Of a stretch of 64,000 nucleotides of DNA, positions 60,790 through 64,000 are shown piece after piece. The translations under genes were made by a program, and so were the position numbers. This stretch comes from Polyangiaceae bacterium. GTDB taxonomy: Bacteria > Myxococcota_A > Polyangia > Polyangiales > Polyangiaceae. Below the pieces are notes generated by a model. It searched no databases and was not told the DNA's origin. It was given only the letters and a program-made list of their open reading frames with translations. The stretch is taken from contig DATEPG010000298.1 in NCBI GenBank assembly GCA_035273265.1, positions 14,669 to 78,668 of the forward strand, in the 5' to 3' direction. Position 1 is the first letter of the stretch. Each line of letters starts with the position of its first letter.

Positions 60790-60906
60790 GGCCGCGCACT
60801 TTAGTGCGCCATCGCCGATCGGCGATAGCCGTTGCTCGGTTTTTGTAGAGAATGGCGCAAACGCCGCGCTGCGCGGGGGCAACGCCATGGTAAAGACTGT
60901 TGCGAC

Positions 60907-61512
60907 ATGGGCATCGCGGACAGTTCACGATTCCAACTGGCGCTGGCGGCCTTCGATCGCGAGAACGCCGAAGATCCGCACTCCGTCAGCGTTGCCGGTG
61001 TAGAGCGACCGCGTGAGCTGGTGGACGCCCAGCGCTTGTCCGCCTGGGTCGAGCGCCTGGCGCCGGACGCATCCGAGGCGTTGCTCCTCGCTGCCCGCTG
61101 CCAGCACATCCGCCGTTGGCAGATCCCCCGTGATTCTTTGCCTGCGGGCCGCGTGGGCTACTTGCAGTGGCGCACGCAACTGGGGCGCTTTCACGCGGAC
61201 ACGGCCACGCGCCTATTGGAGGGCCTGGGCTACGAGCGTGAGCTGATCGACGCCGTGCGTCGCATCAACCTCAAGCAAGGCCTGCACAGTCAGCCAGACA
61301 CGCAGACCATGGAGGACGCATTGTGTTTGACCTTCCTCGAGTTCGAGTTCGAGGAATTTTGCGCCAAATACCCGGCTGAAAAGGTGATCGAGGTGGTGCG
61401 CAAGACCTGGAAGAAGATGTCCGCGCGGGGACACCAGCTCGCGCTCACGCTACCGTTCAGTCCAGCCTCCCTCGAGCTCGTGAAGCGCGCGCTGACTCCG
61501 CCCGAAGCGTGA
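60907..61512 (+). CDS. DUF4202 family protein
   Basis: NAEDP, LAARCQHIRRW.IPR, GYLQWR, MEDALCL.FLE, KTWKKMS. Confidence 0.88.
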   Translation: MGIADSSRFQLALAAFDRENAEDPHSVSVAGVERPRELVDAQRLSAWVERLAPDASEALLLAARCQHIRRWQIPRDSLPAGRVGYLQWRTQLGRFHADTATRLLEGLGYERELIDAVRRINLKQGLHSQPDTQTMEDALCLTFLEFEFEEFCAKYPAEKVIEVVRKTWKKMSARGHQLALTLPFSPASLELVKRALTPPEA

Positions 61513-61513
61513 A

Positions 61514-62464
61514 TCAACGCGCCCGTTGGCGCAGGCGATCGATGCTCATCGCCACCACGATGATGAAGCCAGTGAAAATTTCCTGCACCCAGTTGGGAAA
61601 TCCCAGGTGAGTGCAACCTGCCTTGATCACCGTCAGGAGCAGCGCGCCGACCAGCGTGCCGCCCGCCGAACCTTGGCCGCCCGAGAGCGAGCCGCCGCCG
61701 ATCACGACCGCCGCGATCACCTCGAGCTCGAGTCCGACGGAATCCGTAGGATCGCCGACGGTGAGCGTCGAGAACTCGAGTACGCCGGCCAGACCGACCA
61801 ATAGGCCGCTCAGGGCGTACACGAAGAGAGTCGTCTTGGGGATGGAAATGCCGCACAGACGCGCTGTTTCGGTGTTCGAACCGACGGCCACGATTTGACG
61901 ACCGATTTTGGTGTAGGTGAGCAACGCGAAGCCGAACAGAGTCGCCGCGAGCATCAGCCACACGCCGGGCGGCAGCGCGAGAGTACCCGCGTGGCTTTGC
62001 ATCAGCGCGTCCAAGCCTCGTGGATCCGCGTCGATCTTCTGCTCGTCGGCGATGCCCTTGGCGACGCCGCGCAGAATGCTCATCGTGCCCAGAGTAACGA
62101 TGAAGGGCGAGATCTTCAGGCCGGCAACCAGCCCGCCATTGCACAGTCCGACCACGCCGCCGGTGAGCACGCCGATCGCGCCCGCGGCGACGGGACCCAT
62201 GCCCGCGCGCAAGCTCTCGGCAACCGCGACCGTCGTCAAGGCCACCGCTGAGCCCACCGACAAGTCGATGCCGCCGAGCACGATCGTGAAGGTCATGCCG
62301 ACCGCTGCGATGCCGACGACGGCAGTCTGACGCAGCATCGTCAAAAGGTTGCTTTGCCGCGCGAAGGTGTCGGGCGCGAGCGCTGTGAACAGCGCATACA
62401 GAAGAAACAGCGCGATCAGCGGTCCCAGCCAGGGCGTACGAAATAGCCGACGAAGCTCGCTCAT
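61514..62464 (-). CDS. Sugar ABC transporter permease (RbsC-like)
   Basis: GGIDLSVGS, PFIVTLG, ELEVIAAVVIGG.SL.GG.G. Confidence 0.95.
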   Translation of the reverse strand: MSELRRLFRTPWLGPLIALFLLYALFTALAPDTFARQSNLLTMLRQTAVVGIAAVGMTFTIVLGGIDLSVGSAVALTTVAVAESLRAGMGPVAAGAIGVLTGGVVGLCNGGLVAGLKISPFIVTLGTMSILRGVAKGIADEQKIDADPRGLDALMQSHAGTLALPPGVWLMLAATLFGFALLTYTKIGRQIVAVGSNTETARLCGISIPKTTLFVYALSGLLVGLAGVLEFSTLTVGDPTDSVGLELEVIAAVVIGGGSLSGGQGSAGGTLVGALLLTVIKAGCTHLGFPNWVQEIFTGFIIVVAMSIDRLRQRAR

Positions 62465-63966
62465 CCGGTGGCCTCGAGCAAGAGATCGTGCTCACTCCGT
62501 TCGCTGGCAGGACGAGCCTCGCCGAGCTTGCCGCGAACCATCACCGCGATCCGATCGCACACGCCGAGGAGCTCCGGAAGGTAGCTCGAGATCATCAGCA
62601 CGGCGTTCCCCCGCGCGGCGAGTTCGTCGATGATTCGATACAGATCGGCGCGGCTGCCGACGTCCACACCGCGGGTCGGCTCGTCGAGCAAGAGCAGGTC
62701 CGCCCCGTGCTGCAAGAGGCGCGCAAAACAAATCTTTTGCTGGTTGCCGCCGGACAAGTCGCGCGCGAGCTGCTCGGGGCCTCGGGCGCGCACGCCCAAA
62801 CGCGATAGGTAGCTACGCGCGATGGCGTCACGTCGGGCTGGGCTCACGAAGCCGAACGAGCCGAGCGACTCGAGCTTCGAGAGCGTGATGTTGTCGCCTA
62901 AGCTGAGCGCTTCGGCCAAACCTTCCCCCTTCCGGTCTTCGCTCAAGAGACCCACGCCCTGTGCCAAACGGCGTGCAGGGGAGGCGGGCCCGAGCACGCC
63001 TTTGACGCGAAGCGTGCCACTCTTTACGGCGTCCAAGCCGAAGATCGCGCGCAAGAGCTCGCTGCGGCCCGCGCCGAGCAAGCCCGCGATACCGAGCACC
63101 TCACCCCGCCGCAGCAAAAGCGACGCTGAAATGGGCAGTTTTTCGCCGGCGACCTCGCGCAAATCCAGGACCACCTGGCCCGGGCTACGCGCCGAACGCG
63201 GAAACAGCTCTTGCACTTCGCGACCGGCCATCAGCTTCACCAGCTCGCTACGCGTGGTGTCGGCAATCACGCCGCTGTGCACGAACTGGCCGTCCCGCAG
63301 CACCGTATAGCGGTCGGCAATGCGTTCGACCTCTTCCAAAAAGTGCGACACGTACAGCACGGCGATGCCGCTACGGGTCAGCTCGCGGACGACGCTGAAC
63401 AAGCGCTCGGCTTCGCTCGAGTTGAGCGTGCTGGTCGGCTCGTCCAAAATCAAAATCCGACAGTCGGCTTGCGCCAAGGCGCGCGCCAGGCACAAAAGTT
63501 GTCGATCGCCTTGCCCCAGATCCCCCGCGCGCTGCGCGAGATCGGGCAACGGAGCGCCCGCGGGCAACACTCGGGCGAGCGCCGCGCCAGCGCGCCGCCG
63601 TTGCTCCGCGCGATCCAGGATGCCGAAGCGGCTGGGCAGCGCGCCCAGCAAGATGTTCTCGGCCACGCTCAGATCCGGGCACAGCGCGGGCTCTTGCGAC
63701 ACGAACGCGACGCCGAGCGCCCGTGCCTGCTGTGGGCTACTCGGTGCGTAGCCAAGGCCGGAAAGCGTCAATGTCCCTGAATCCGCGCGCTGAGCGCCGG
63801 CCAGGATCTTGAGCAAGGTGCTCTTGCCTGCGCCGTTTTCGCCCAGAAGAGCGTGAACTTCGCCAGCCTGCAGCGAGAGCTGCACATCGGAAAGCGCCTT
63901 CGTCGCGCCGAAGCTCTTGCTCAGGCCAGTGACTTCGAGCAATGCGGGCGCTGCATTCTGGTTCAT
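62461..63966 (-). CDS. Sugar ABC transporter ATP-binding protein (RbsA-like, two ABC domains)
   Basis: GENGAGKS, ILDEPT, EDRKGEGL, LSGGNQQK, DEPTRGVDVG. Confidence 0.96.
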   Translation of the reverse strand: MNQNAAPALLEVTGLSKSFGATKALSDVQLSLQAGEVHALLGENGAGKSTLLKILAGAQRADSGTLTLSGLGYAPSSPQQARALGVAFVSQEPALCPDLSVAENILLGALPSRFGILDRAEQRRRAGAALARVLPAGAPLPDLAQRAGDLGQGDRQLLCLARALAQADCRILILDEPTSTLNSSEAERLFSVVRELTRSGIAVLYVSHFLEEVERIADRYTVLRDGQFVHSGVIADTTRSELVKLMAGREVQELFPRSARSPGQVVLDLREVAGEKLPISASLLLRRGEVLGIAGLLGAGRSELLRAIFGLDAVKSGTLRVKGVLGPASPARRLAQGVGLLSEDRKGEGLAEALSLGDNITLSKLESLGSFGFVSPARRDAIARSYLSRLGVRARGPEQLARDLSGGNQQKICFARLLQHGADLLLLDEPTRGVDVGSRADLYRIIDELAARGNAVLMISSYLPELLGVCDRIAVMVRGKLGEARPASERSEHDLLLEATG

Positions 63967-64000
63967 GTCGGAGGGCTCATGTCGGAGCTCGGAAACCAGT

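Noticed and set aside
63963..63987. Direct repeat TCATGTCGGAG twice at the sugar ABC start
   Set aside because: Too short and at the window edge; probably part of the upstream gene junction and cannot be evaluated.

Overview
High-GC bacterial chromosome segment. The gene content (MYXO-CTERM-like tails, GYF/zinc-ribbon AgmX-like protein, OmpA-TSP3, PEGA/TPR, several Ser/Thr kinases, Cys-rich surface proteins) points to Myxococcota, probably Polyangiaceae-like. Core and metabolic genes include recD2 (5'-truncated by the window), a MacAB-like ABC efflux operon, HMG-CoA synthase, a desaturase, tyrS, metB, proS, a sulfite/nitrite reductase, a trHb-reductase-NsrR NO module and a sugar ABC transporter. 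The best candidate for an undescribed system is a translationally coupled three-gene operon at 16493-21827 (-): a putative ADP-ribosyltransferase-like protein, an orphan protein, and a 1216-aa fusion of two KaiC/RecA-type ATPase domains to a signal-peptide-less solute-binding-protein-like domain. Other notable items: a pseudokinase with both catalytic Asp replaced by Asn (HRN/NFG) coupled to a STAND-TPR protein behind a sigma54 promoter; a two-gene insert bounded by a duplicated gene 3' end and REP/MITE-like repeats; an IscR/CymR-like perfect palindrome before the sulfite reductase; many likely leaderless starts; two gene remnants. No rRNA, tRNA, CRISPR array or transposase/integrase was recognised. 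All product calls come from motif reading, not database searches.
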